Shown piece after piece: positions 23,201 to 36,315 of a stretch of DNA of 64,000 bases. The notes under the pieces are model-generated. The model made no database searches and was not told the origin of the DNA. It worked only from the letters and a program-made list of their open reading frames with translations. Every line of letters begins with the position of its first letter. Within the stretch, counting starts at the first letter, position 1. The position numbers and the translations under genes were made by a program. Source of the DNA: Camelus ferus (Eukaryota); assembly GCF_009834535.1 (NCBI RefSeq), contig NC_045696.1, positions 3,102,001 to 3,166,000 of the forward strand, given 5' to 3'.

Positions 23201-25084
23201 TTTTAGGGGACAACTAGCTCTCAGGAGGGAGGAGGTCCCAGGAGTCTCTGGTTTGCAGACAAGCCGGACAGAAGTTCTTTATTCCAAGAATTTGAGCAGA
23301 GCTGCAATTCTGCATGATTCGCCTTTTGGTAAATAACAGGTAGAACTAACCTCTGTTCATAATTTTTAGTTTATCAAAACAGAGTCTAAATCAAGCCCTA
23401 TTTTTCACTATTTTCTTTGAACTTTGGTTTCTATGGTAACCAGATGACTTTGTGTGACTTCTCTGTACAACTTACCTCCTGGAAAGGACACCTCCCTGAT
23501 GAATTTTTGTATAATTGCATGTCACCCCCACTGAGATGAAAAGCTCGTGAGTGCACTGTCCCCTCAGATCAATCCCAGCAGGAAACAAATGGCTCTCTCA
23601 AAACAGGGTGGTTCAAGGGCGCACGTTAAAAAGGACATCTTGGGAGGTGTGGGGAACTGGCTTAGGTCTGGGAATGGGGCGGCAGCTGACAGCCAGGTTC
23701 CTTGGCTGCAGACCTGGCATTTCCCTGCCTTAAACTGCCAGCCAGCACTTAGTAGGGCATCTCCTCCCAGTCCAGGGACCCCACAAGCAAGGAGCCAGCA
23801 ACACGGCTGCCTTGCTGTCTCCGTGCCTCAGCCGTCATGGCTGGGAGCTGCTCCCTCTCTGGGATCCCATTCTTCTCACTGAGATGGGGAATTTAGGGCC
23901 AGGGCCATGCCCCCAACCTCACCCCCAGCCTGGGGAAGACAGCCCCCCAGAGCTCCTTGAGGACTCACCAATGCAGTGTCCTCTAGCCCGCTCCCGGGAG
24001 GGGGCTGTGATTCGGGGGTGGCCGAGTCAGTTGCAAACAGTACATCTTTTTCTACAGTTCCGTTTCCCTGAGCCTTTGATCTCGGTCCTGTACAGCAGAC
24101 CAGGGATTTCAAGCAGTTTTACCTGATTAATTCTAAACCATCCTCATTCCAGCTTCAATTAGTCATTAACCACCCTCTCAGGGCTTAAGCCAAATGTAAA
24201 TCCCTCGTGAGGGCACCTATGTCAAAAATTTCAGCCTTGTCTAGACTTTTCCCCCACCCGTCTGGTCTAGTAGTCCTGGAATCCACTTCCACATTGCCCC
24301 AGGCTCTGCACTTCTCTACCTGGGGGTGTTGTCTCCTCCTGGGAAGGACTTGCGCCTCATTGCCTGGGCTCTGCTGGTGTCGGCTCTCTTCTGGGGCTCG
24401 AGTGGTGAGAGGCGGTGGGTGGGTCCTATGCAGAACAGGCATCAGGTCATGAGGTGGCTTCCCTAGCAGCAGGTGTTGGCAGCATTTATAGCAGAGATTG
24501 GTTGGTTTCCTTGGGGGAGGGCGGGGGGAGGAGTGGAGGAGAAAGGAAGGGAGGGTAAAGAGGGGGAGAGAAGGGAGGGGATGGGGGAGAGGAAGGGGAG
24601 GGGAAGGGGCGCTGCCTCCGTGGACTGTGGGGCCCAGGGGAGTCTGCAGAATAAGCAGAAGCACAGAGTGCAGGGAGCTGCGTGGAGGTGGGGCTGAAGA
24701 GGAAGGGGTGGGTAGGGGCCAAGGGGCTGCTGAGGGCGGGCTGAAGATGGAATAAGGAGCCTGGAGACGGAGTAATTATAACCAGACTCCTGGTGCCATT
24801 TCAAAATCTGGTTCGTGCATTGTGGGCATGTGGAAATAGTGTCACTCCCAACTGCTGCTCCAAACAGACAACTCAGAAATAGAGAAAATCATTCCAGTAC
24901 TATAGCCAACATAGAGACCCATCGCGCAAGCGGCATCAAGGCTGGCTGGCTGTGGGCTGTGGGTTCAGGGAACAGCAATCTCTCTGTGCCTTGCCGAGAG
25001 GGAGGTCCTGGGCTGTGACGAGACCCGCGGTCTGCTTGGCCCAGGGTTAGCCCTGAGGTGCTCTGACTACAAGCTCTTCCCCTA

Positions 25085-26096
25085 AAGTGTATCCCACTTT
25101 CATTTTTGTAAACTAAAAATATTTTATATTAACCTTCCTCCTTACAGAAAATAAAATACACCCATTTTAAGTGAACAGCTCGATGAGCTTTGAGAAATAT
25201 GTACAACCACGTGACTCCCCCTGCAGTGGGGATACAGAACACTTCCGTGACCCCGGAAAGGTCTCACGCCTGTTCCTGGAGCCCCCCACAGACACTGTTC
25301 TGCTTTCTGTCCATAGACGAGGTTTATCTTTTCCAAAGTTTTATGTAAGTGAAATCACGCAGTGTTACACTGACTTGGCTTCTTTATTCAGCGTAATCTT
25401 TTCATTCATATCATTGTGTTTATCAGTGTTCTTTCTGCTGCTGGGCAAGCAGTATTTCATTGTCTGCATAGACAACTTTTTGCTTATCTGTTCCCATGTT
25501 GATGGACATTTGGGCTGTTTCCAGTTTTTGGCAATTTTTAATAAACTGCGGATTGAAGTTTATCTTTTCCCATATGGATATTCAATTTTTTCAGCACCAT
25601 TTGTTGAAAAGACTACATTTTCTCCAATGGATTGCCTTATATTTTTGTGAAAGGTCAGCTTTCCTTGTATGTGTGAGTAATTTTTGGACGAGCTGTTTTG
25701 TTCTGTTACTCTATTTGTCTGATCGGGTGCCAACAAGCTATTGGAATTAGCACAGCTTTATAATCTATCTTGAAGTCAGGCAGCGTAAGTCCTTCGACTC
25801 TGTTTTTCTTTATCAAAGTTGCTTTGGAGGTTCTGGGTCCTTCACGTTTTCAGGGCTCTTAGGATCAGCCTGTCAATTTCTACACCCACATATAAGAGCC
25901 CTGCTTGCCACCTGATTGGGACTGCATCGGCTCTACAGAACAGTCTGGGGAGAGTTGACATTTTTGCCAATACAGAGTCTAACAACCCACGAATATGGCA
26001 TATTTATCCATTTAGTTAGGTGTTTTTAAATTTCCCTGAGCTGTGTGTTACAGCTGCAGGATACAGGTCTTGCACGTTCTTTTATCAGATTTGTCT
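25085..26096 (-). mobile_element. Old degenerate L1 (L1M-type), 3' portion
   Basis: Antisense L1 3'UTR/ORF2 signatures (gatggacatttgggctgtttccagtttttggc; cagcaccatttgttgaaaagact). Confidence 0.75.
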
Positions 26097-29000
26097 TGTG
26101 GATGAAGAATGTCCCTGCCATACCAGTAAACAAAGGATGCTGCAGCCATCAGGCCATCAGCCACTGCGGCCACCCCCAACTGTGCACCCAGAGGGGAGGG
26201 GATTCAGGATGGAGAAAAACAAGATACTGGCCCTAGAGAGCTAAGGTGCAGATCAAAGGAGTGGTCTCAAAGAGCCCTGACTCTTGCATCTTCCCACACA
26301 TAGACAAGTGCTAAATTCATTAACTTGAGAGTGTCTGGTTTTTCTTTGATTAACTGTAATCTTCTAATGTTCCAACTACTTGGTTTTTTTTTCAACATTT
26401 TTATTGATTTATAATCATTTTATAATGTTGTGTCAAATTCCAGTGTAGAGCACAATTTTTCAGTTATACGTGAACATATATATATTCATTGTCACATTTT
26501 TTTTCTCTGTGAGCTACCATAAGATCTTGTGTACATTTCCCTGTGCTATACAGTATAATCTTGTTTATCTATTCTACAATTTTGAAATCCCATCTATCCC
26601 TTCCCCCCCCTGCCCCCTTGGCAACCACAAGTTTGTATTCTATGTCTATGAGTCTGTTTCTGTTTAGTATTTATGCTTTGTTTGTTTGTTTTTGTTTTTG
26701 TTTTTTAGATTCCACATATGAGCGATCTCATATGGTATTTTTCTTTCTCTTTCTGGTTTACTTCACTTAGAATGACATTCTCCAGGAGCATCCATGTTGC
26801 TGCAAATGGCGTTATGTAGTCGGTTTTTATGGCTGAGTAGTATTCCATTGTATAAATATACCACCTCTTCTTTATCCAGTCATCCGTTGATGGACATTTA
26901 AGCTGTCTCCATGTCTTGGCTATTGTAAATAATGCTGCTATGAACATTGGGGTGCAGGTGTCATCCTGAAGTAGAATTCCTTCCAGATATATTCCCAGGA
27001 GCGGGATTTCTGGGTCACATGGTAGGTCTATTCCTAGTCTTCTGAGGAATCTCCATACTGTTTTCTACAGTGGCTGCACCAAACTGCATTCCCACCAGCA
27101 GTGTAGGAGGGTTCTCTTTTCTCCACAGCCTCTTCAGCATTTGTCATTTGTGGACATTTGAATGATGGCCATTCTGACTGGTGTGAGGTGATACCTCAGT
27201 GTAGTTTTGATTTGCATTTCTCTGATAATTAGTGATATTGAGCATTTTTTCATCTGCCTATTGATCATTTGTATGTCTTCCTTGGAGAATTGCTTGTTTA
27301 GGTCTTTTGCCCATTTTTGGATTGGGTTGTTTGGTTGTTTCTTATTAAGTTGTGTGAGCTGCTTGTATATTCTGGAGATCAAGCCTTTGTTGGTTTCACT
27401 TGCAAAAATGTTCTCCCATTCCGTAGGTTGTCTTTTTGTTTTACTTATGGTTTCCTTTGCTGTGCAGAAGCTTGTAAGTTTCATTAGGTCCCATTTGTTT
27501 ATTCTTGCTTTTATTTCTATTGCTTGAGTAGACTGTTCTAGGAGAACATTTTTGAGATGTATGTCAGATAATGTTTTGCCTATATTTTCTTCTAGGAGGT
27601 TTATTGTATCTTGTCTTATGTTTAAGTTGATTTTTGTGTATGGTGTAAGGGACTGTTCTAGCTTCATTGTTTTACATGCTGCTGTCCAGTTTTCCCAACA
27701 CCATTTGCTGAAGAGACTCTTTTTATTCCATTGTATATTCTTGCCTCCTTTGTCAAAGATTAGTTGACCAAAAGTTTGTGGGTTCATTTCTGGGCTCTCT
27801 ATTCTTTTCCATTGTTCTATATGTCTGTTTTTGTACCAATACCATGCTGTCTTGATGACTGTAGCTCTATAGTATTCTCTGAAGTCTGGGAGAGTTATTC
27901 CTCCAGCCTCTTTCTTTCTCTTCAGTAATGCTTTGGCAATTCTAGGTCTTTGATGGTTCCATATAAATTTTATTATGCTTTGTTCTAGTTCTGTGAAATA
28001 TGTCTGGGGTAATTTGATAGGGATTGCATTAAATCTGTAGATTGCCTTGGGCAGTGTGACCATTTTAACAATATTGATTCTTCCAATCCAAGAGCATGGG
28101 ATATCTTTCCATTTTTTAAAGTCTTCTTTGATTTCCTTCATCAATGGTTTATCGTTTTCTGTGTATAATCCTTTCACTTCCTTGGTTAGATTTATTCCCA
28201 GATATTTTATTACTTTGGGTGCTATTTTAAAGGGGATTGTTTCTTTACTTTCTTTTCCTGTTGATTTATCGTTAGTGTAAAGAAATGCAACTGATTTTTG
28301 AACGTTAATTTTGTAACCTGCTACCTTGCTGAATTCTTCAATCAGCTCTAGTAGCTTTTGTGTGGACCTTTTAGGGTTTTCTATATATAGTAAAATGTCA
28401 TCAGCATATAATGACACTTTTACCTCTTCTTTTCCAATTTGGATCCCTTTTATTTCTTTCTCTTGCCTGATTGCTATGGCTAGGACTTCCAGGACTATGT
28501 TGAATAGGAGTGGTGATAGTGGGCATCCTTGTCTTGTCCCAGATTTTAGTGGGAAGCTTTTGAGTTTTTCACCATTGAGTACTATGCTGGCTGTAGGTTT
28601 GTCATATATAGCTTTTATTATGTTGAGATATGTTCCCTCTATACCCACTTTGGCAAGAGTTTTTATCATAAATGGGTGTTGAATTTTATCAAATGCTTTT
28701 TCTGCATCGATTGAGATGATCATGTGGTTTTTGTCCTTTCTCTTGTTGATGTGATGTATTACACTGATTGATTTGCATATGTTGAACCAGCCTTGTGTCC
28801 CTGGGATGAACCCCACTTGGTCATGATGTATAATCTTTTTTACGTGTTGTTGGATTCTATTTGCTAAAATTTTGGTGAGGATTTTGGCGTCTATGTTCAT
28901 CAGTGATATTGGCCTATAATTCTCTTTTTTTGTAGTGTCTTTGCCTGGTTTTGGTATCATGGTGATGGTGGCTTCATAGAATGAGTTTGGGAGTTTTCCC

Positions 29001-32000
29001 TCCTTTTCAATCTTCTGGAAGAGTTTGAGAAGGACTGGTATGAGTTCTTCTTTGTATGTTTGGTAGAATTCCCCGGTGAAGCCATCTGGTCCTGGACTTT
29101 TATCTGTAGGGAGGTTTTTTTATTGCTATTTCGACTTCACTTCTAGTGATCGGTTTGTTCAAGTGGTCAGTTTCTTCTTGGTTCAGTCTTGGTGGGCTGT
29201 ATGTTTCCAGGAACTTGTCCATCTCTTCTAGGTTATCTAGTTTGGTTCCATATAGTTTTTCATAATATTCTCATATGATATTCTGTATTTCTATTTTATT
29301 TGTTGTAATTTCTCCATTTTCCTTTCTTATTTTGCTAATTTGTGCTCTCTCTTTTTTCTTCTTTGTGAGTTTGGCCAGAGGTTTGTCAATTTTATTTACT
29401 TTTTCAAAAAACCAGCTTTTGGTTTGATTGATTTTTTTCTATGGTTTTTTAAATCTCTATTTTATTTATTTCCTCCCTGATCTTTATAATTTCCTTCCTT
29501 CTCCTGCCTTTTGGGGTTTTTTGTTCTTCTTTTTCTAGTTCTTTTAGTTGGTGGGTTAAATTGTTTATTTGAGATTGTTCTTCTTTTTTGAGGAAAGCCT
29601 GTATCGCTATAAACTTCCCTCTTAGCACTGCCTTCGCCGTGTCTCATAAATTTTGTGTGGTTGTGCTTTCATTGTCATTTGTCTCAAGGTATATTTTAAT
29701 TTCAGCTTTGATTTCCTCATTGACCCATTGGTGTTTTAATAGCATATTGTTTAATCTCCATGCTTTCCTTTTTTTCTCCTTTGTTTCTCTGTTGTTGATT
29801 TCTAGTTCCATGGCATTGTGGTCAGTAAAGATGCTTGAGATAATTTCTATCTTCTTAAAATTGTTGAAGTTTCTTTTGTACCCAAGTACATGATCAATCC
29901 TAGAAAATGTCCCATGTGCACTTGAAAAGAATGTATGTCCTTTTTTTGGGGGGTGTAATGCTCTGAAAATATCCACCAAATCTAATTTTTCTATTGTATT
30001 ATTTAGTTTCTCTGTTGCCTTATTTATTTTCTGTCTGGAAGATCTGTCTAGTGATGTTAATGCAGTGTTAAAATCTCCAACTATGATTGTATTCCCATCA
30101 ATATCCCCCTTTATCCCTGTTAGTAATTGTTTTATGTATTTAGGTGCTCCTATATTGGGTGCATATATATTAACGAGTGTAATATCCTCATCTTGCATCA
30201 CTCCTTTAATCATTATAAAATGTCCTTCTTTATCTTTCTTTATCGCCTTTGTTTTAAAGTCTATTTTGTCTGAAATCAGTACTGCAACACCTGCTTTTTT
30301 GGCTTTTTCAGTTGCATGGAATATCGTTCCCATCCTTTCACTCTCAATTTATATGTGTCCTTCTCCCTAAAGTGGGTCTCTTGTATGCAGCATATTGAAG
30401 GTTCTTGCTTTATTATCTAGTCTGCCACTCTGTGTCTTTTGACTGGAGCATTTAGTCCATTAACATTTACAGTAATTAATGATAGATGTGTGTTTATTGC
30501 CATTTTGAACTTACCTTTGCAGTTGAATTGGTATTTCCTCTTCATTCCTTTCTTCTTACTTTTGTGGTTTGGTAATTTTCCTTTGTATTATCATGGATTT
30601 TATTTAGTTTTTGTGACTCCCTTGTAAGTTTTCGGCTTGTGGTTACCCTTTTCTGTAAGTCTATTAGCCCATTACTATATCTCGAACCCATCCTACCGAA
30701 AACAAAAAATTTTAAAAAGAAAGAAAAAAAATACTCTATATTTTCTTGCTTCCCTATCCCACTCTTAATGATTTTGATGTCTTCTTTTACAATTTCATGT
30801 TTATTTTATTTGTAATTCATGAGTTATCACCTTTCCAGTTGTGAGTTTCTCATTTCTGTAGCATCCTGCTGCTTTTCTATTTACAGTAGACCTTTCAATA
30901 TTTCTTTTAGCATGGGTTTAGTGTTGCTAAACTCTTTCAGTTTTTGCTTGTCTGTGAAATTCTTTATCTCTCCTTCTATCCTAAAGGATAGCCTTGCTGG
31001 ATAAAGTATCCTAGGCTGCATCCTTTTTTCTCTCAGGACTTTGAATATATCTTGCCACTTCCTTCTGGCCTGTAGTGTTTGTGTAGAGAAATCAGCTGAG
31101 AGCCTTTTGGGGGTTCCCTTGTAACTTACTCTTTGCTTTTCTCTTGCTGCCTTTAGGATCATTTCTTTATCTTGACTCTGGCCATCTTGATTATGATATG
31201 TCTTGGTGTGGATCTGTTTGGGTTCTTCCTGTTTGGGACCCTTTGAACTTCCTGTACTTGGATATCTGATTCCTTCTTTAGGTTTGAGAAGTTTTCAGTC
31301 ATGATTTCTTCAAATACTTTTTCAATCCCCTTTGTTCTTTCTTTCCCTTCTGGAACCCCTATTATGCGAAGATTGGCATGCTTTATATTATCCCATAGGT
31401 CCCTTATGTTGCTTTTATTTGTTTTTATTTGTTTATCTTGCAGTTGTTCTGATTGGGTGTTTTCTGTTGTCCTATCTTCTAGGTCACTAATTCGTTCCTC
31501 TGCATTATCTAGTCTGCTTTGCACAGCCTTTAGATCCATTCTCATCTCAGCCAATGAGTTTACCAATTCTACTTGTCTCTTCTTTATAGCTTCAATTTCA
31601 TTTTTGAGATATTTTATATCTCTAAACACTATCTCTTTTAGTTCCTTCAACCCTTTGATCACTCCCTTTTTGAAATTTTGATCTAGTAGGCTATCGATGT
31701 CTATTTCATTGATTGTTCTGGGATTTCTCTTGTTCCTTTAATTGGGAATGGTTTCTCTGCTTCTTCTTCTTGCTCATATCTCTCTGGCACTGTGGCTTAT
31801 GGAGTATCAGTTATCTATTGTGGTCCTTAAAGGAGTTTATTTATTTATCTATCTAATGCCTATGTAGGAATAGAACAGATTTTTGGCGTCTTTGTCTTTT
31901 GAAGAGGATAATGTTCTGTTGGAGTTCCGCAGGTGCTCTGGTTGGCTGAGTGGGTCTGTGGATGTGAATCTTGGTGTATCTGTGGGAGAGGGTGAGCTAC

Positions 32001-32211
32001 AAGCATCCTACTCCTCCTCCATCTTGGCCTCGTCTCCAACTACCTGGTTTTTGTTGCAAAAACTCCCATATATCCTGGGTCCTCCCTCACTTCTTCAGAA
32101 CAAACCCTCAGAGCTGTCTGAGAACCTGTCTCCTGGGCTTAAGTTCTAAATAAGTCTGCTGAATAAAATATAATTCTCAATTTTAGGTTGTATATTTTTT
32201 TCCAGTCAGTA
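26097..32211 (+). mobile_element. ERV1-type solo LTR split by the L1 insertion (parts 26097-26388 and 32035-32211)
   Basis: Starts TGTG; AATAAA near 3' end; 4-bp TSD-like gtct/atct; rejoined halves align with the LTR copy at about 37588-38040. Confidence 0.8.
26389..32034 (-). mobile_element. Near full-length LINE-1 (about 5.6 kb), inactivated by frameshifts
   Basis: 5' end GAGGCCAAGATGG; ORF1 from ATG 31777 to stop 30881 (broken); ORF2 from 30503 (MAINTHLSLITVNVNGLN) with EN fragment 29644-30333, RT fragment 27134-28960 (YADD) and C-terminus to 26705; AATAAA plus short A tail; TSD tccaactac(t/c)tggttttt at 26371-26388 and 32035-32052. Confidence 0.95.
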
Positions 32212-35100
32212 ATCTCTAAGTATTCCATCTTTTCTTAATGCTAGGTGATACTGTTTTTAATTTTACCTGCTGATTGTTCATTGCTAGTGTATAGAAACAT
32301 AACTGAGCTTTGATTATTGATTTTGTATTCTTCAACCTCGCTGAACTCACTTAATTTTTTTTTAAAACTCACTTAATTTTAAGAGCCTTTTTGGTGGATT
32401 CCATCAGATTTTCTATATAGATGATTATTTCATCTCTGGATAGAATAAATGTTATGACTTCTTTTCTAATTTGAATGACTTTTATTATCATTTTTTTCTT
32501 GCCATATTCAACTGCCTAGANNNNNNNNNNNNNNNNNNNNNNNNNNNNNNNNNNNNNNNNNNNNNNNNNNNNNNNNNNNNNNNNNNNNNNNNNNNNNNNN
32601 NNNNNNNNNNNNNNNNNNNNGCTTCGTAGTTTGTGTCTTTAAGAAATTTTCTATTTAAGTTTTAGAAATGGTTGGCACAAAGTTGTTCATAATGTTGTCT
32701 TTTAATATCTATCAACTCAGTAGCAATGTCACCTTTCCTGATGTTGGTAATTTGTGTTCTCTCTCTCTCTCTTCTTTTTTCTATGATTAGTCTGGTTGGA
32801 GGCTTATACATTTTCATGATGTTTTCAAGGAGCCACATTTTGGTTTCATTGATTTTGTTACTTTTTCTGTTTCATTGATTTCTCCTTGGCTCTTTATCAT
32901 TTCCTTTCTTTTGCCTATGTTGAGTTTAATTTGCTCTTATATTTCTAGTTTTTAGGGTGGAAGCTAATATTATAGATTTTTAGACTTCTCGTCTAATAAT
33001 GGCATTTAACATGCGATAAATTTCTCTCCAAATTCTGCTTTAATGGCATCTAACAATTTCTGTTATGTCAAATTCTCATTTTTACTCAGTTCAAAACTTT
33101 CCAATTACCCTTTTGATTTCATTGTTAATCCATGTATTATTTAGAGGTATGTTATTTAGTTTCCAAATATTCTAGATATTTTTCTGTTATCAATTTCTAA
33201 TTAATTCCTTTTTGGTCAGAAAACATACATTTCATGACTTGAGTACTTTTAAATTTACCAAGACTTGTTTTATAGCCTTGAATGTGGTCTATCTTAGTAA
33301 ATGGCTCATGTGCACTTGAGAAAAATGTGAATTCTGATGTTGCTTGGTGGAGTGATCTACAAATAGTGATTAGGGCAAGCTGGTTGATGGTGTGTTCAAG
33401 CTTCTATGTACTTACTTATTTTCTGTCTACTTGTTTTTGTCAATTATTGAGAGAGATTGAAATCCATGACTAGAATGACAGGCTTTCTTACATTTGCATT
33501 TCTATCAGCTTTTGCTTCACGCTTTTTGAAGCTCTGTTATTGGGTGCATAAATGTTTGGGGCTGCTATATTCTTTTGATGAGTTGACCCATTAATTATTA
33601 TTAAATATGACTTCTTTATCTCTGATAATGGTCTTTGTTCTGAAATGTTTATTATTAATACATCCATCCCAGCTTTATTCTGAATAGAGTTAGCAGGGTA
33701 TATCTTTCTCCATTCTTTTACTCCTAATAATTAAAAACATATATACAAAAGACATCTCATGTAGGTAGCATACAGTTAGGTCTTCATTATTTATCTCATC
33801 TGTCGATCTATGCTTTTTAATTGGCATGTTTAGACTATTGATATTTAATGGTATTATTGACATGGTTAGGTTTAAACCTGACTGTTATTTTATTGCCTTT
33901 TTTTTTTTTCTGTCTTCCTTTGGATTATTTTTATGGTTCGTAATGGTAGTATGGTAGTAAATGGCACATGAGCCATTTACTAAGATAGAGCACATTCAAG
34001 GCTATAAAACAAGTCTTGGTAAATTTAAAAGTACTTTTGTTGGCTTCTATGACATATATCTTTGTCTTGTTTTTTAGCAATTGTTTTAGGGTGTATAGTA
34101 CACATATTTACTCCTCACTGTCTGCCTTCAAGTGCTATTATAGCATAAGGGCCCTACAATATAATCTTTCTGTTTATCCCTTCTCAGCCTACTGTTGCCC
34201 TACGTTTGAATTCTACAGATACTATATCCTACACTGTTATTATTTTTATTTACATATCCCATAGTCTCTTAAGAATAACAATAAGAATAAATACTATATA
34301 CTTAAGTGTGCAGTTACCATTGTAGATTTTATTCCTTTGTGTACGTTCAGATTTCCATCTGGCATCATTTTCCTTCTGCTGAAGAATTTTCTTAATACTT
34401 CTTGTAATGTGGGTTAGCTGGTGATGAATTTTTTTTTAGCATTTTACATTTGAAAAAGTTTTTATTTCACTTTTATTTTTGACGCACATTCTCACTGGGC
34501 ATGGAACTCTATGTTGACAGTTTTTTCCTTCAGTACTTAAAGATGTTGCTCCTCATTCTTCTCACTTATGTTGTTTCTGACACAAAGTTTGTTGTTATTC
34601 TTAAATCTGTGCCTCTTTATGTTATGTATATTTTTACTCTACCTGCATTTAAGATTTCTCTTTATTCCTGGTTTTGAACAATTTGATCATATTCTTTTCT
34701 TGTTTAGTTTTCATTGTATTTCTTGTGCTTAGAGTTTGTTGAAATTTATGGTTTTCATCAGATTTAGAAACATTTTGGCCATTGCTTTTCAAAAATATTT
34801 TTCCTTTCTCCTTCTCTTGCAGAGACTCTAGTTGTTTGTATACCAGCCTACTCACTGTTACTACCCCTCACTGATGTTTGTTTATTTATTGTTAGTCATT
34901 TTTCTCTCTGCTTCAGTTTGTTTTTTATTGCTATGTGCTCACATTCACCAGTCTTTTCTTCTGCAGTGTCTAATTTACCATAAATTCTATCCAGTGTATT
35001 TTTAAGCCTCAGACATTATAGTTTTCATCTCAACATTTTGATTTAAGTAAGTGCTCTGCTGAATAATTGAAGTTCGTCATCTACACATCTCTGGAGTTCT
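32212..35100 (-). mobile_element. Old degenerate L1 (continuation of the 25.1-26.1 kb element), includes the assembly gap
   Basis: T-rich antisense L1 ORF2/ORF1-like sequence; joins 26096 as ...cagatt(t)atctctaagtatt... Confidence 0.7.
32521..32620. other. Assembly gap (100 N)
   Basis: Run of exactly 100 N, typical placeholder of unknown size. Confidence 0.99.
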
Positions 35101-35636
35101 CTTTGTGGAACTCTCTTGTCTGGTACTGGTTAGTTCCTGCTCCTTTGTCTCTGCAAACTCTCACCCCATCTCCTCTACTCAAGGAGTCTCCTGGGTCACC
35201 CAGGTTCTCCCTCCCTGTACTGTGACCTGGAAATCCTCTCTCCAGGCAGTAAGATGGGCAACTGTATGGCCTACCTTTTTGTTTCTCCCTCCCAGGGTTC
35301 ACTGTCCTCTGTTGCCTGATGTGAAATACCTTAAGAACTATTGTGTCATATTTTATCCATTTCTGGCAGGAAGGAAAGCCAATCCGGGTAACTCCACGTT
35401 GCTTAAAGGCTGATTTCCTGTCTTGTAGTTTTTTGATTATATATCTGACATCATTAATTTGATGCTGAGTGCAGGGTTTTATGGTATTTCTTTAAAGACT
35501 ATTGGAATTTTTCTTATCTCATAGTTAAGCTATTTGAAGATCAGCTTGATTTTTTTGAGTCTTGTTTAAGTTTGGTTGTAGCAGGTCTAAAGTACCCTTT
35601 TGCTCTAGGGCTGGTTTTGTCCCACTGCTACTGAGA

Positions 35637-36315
35637 TGTGACTCATGCCATTTGTCAATTTATTGCCTCTGAGCTCCTGATCCACATTCTTCTCCTGCAC
35701 TGTGATGATGGAGCTTGAAGCATTTTTCCTCTTCAGTGAGCACAATATTGAGCTCTGTCAACAGAGGGTGCTGGAGGGAAATTTCAGGAGGAAGGAGCTT
35801 CTTTTTCTGATTCTGGCATGTTGTCATTTTTTTTCTTATACTGAACACTGTCGGTGGTGACTGACCCAGTCTGATGACCACCTGGATGTGGCCCTCCAAA
35901 TATAGACTCCATGCACACCAGGTTTTATGCCATCTCGTTGGCAAATGGGTTTCCAATGCCCCAACTCTCTCTGCACACTGGCCCACCAGCCTTGGCCTGT
36001 CTGTACTTGGAGGATGTTTCCTGTTTCCACGGTTGCTGAGAACCAGCTCAGATTTGCAAATTCCAGCAAAGTTATTTGCCATCCAGTGACCTGCAAATAC
36101 TGTCTCCAGTGAGGCCTGAACCCAGCCGTGAGGAGGAAGACCTCCTCCCAAGGTTGTCCATTCTTGAGTATTCTCCCTCAGCTTTAAAGCGTTCTTTAGA
36201 ATTCTCTTTTTGTCTTTAGAGTTATGCCCTTATTATAGTTAATCATTCTTTATATTAAACTTTTTGCTCAAATTATTGAGTAGTTTGTGTCTCCTGATTG
36301 GACCATAACTGATAT
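35637..36315 (+). mobile_element. LTR41-like ERVL LTR
   Basis: catgccatttgtcaatttattgcctctgagctcc...tgtcaacagagggtgctggag; ends gtctcctgattggacc..actgata. Confidence 0.55.

Noticed and set aside
27134..28960. 608-aa reverse transcriptase ORF as a novel RT system or active gene
   Set aside because: It is a fragment of LINE-1 ORF2; frameshifts and stops separate it from the EN and C-terminal parts.
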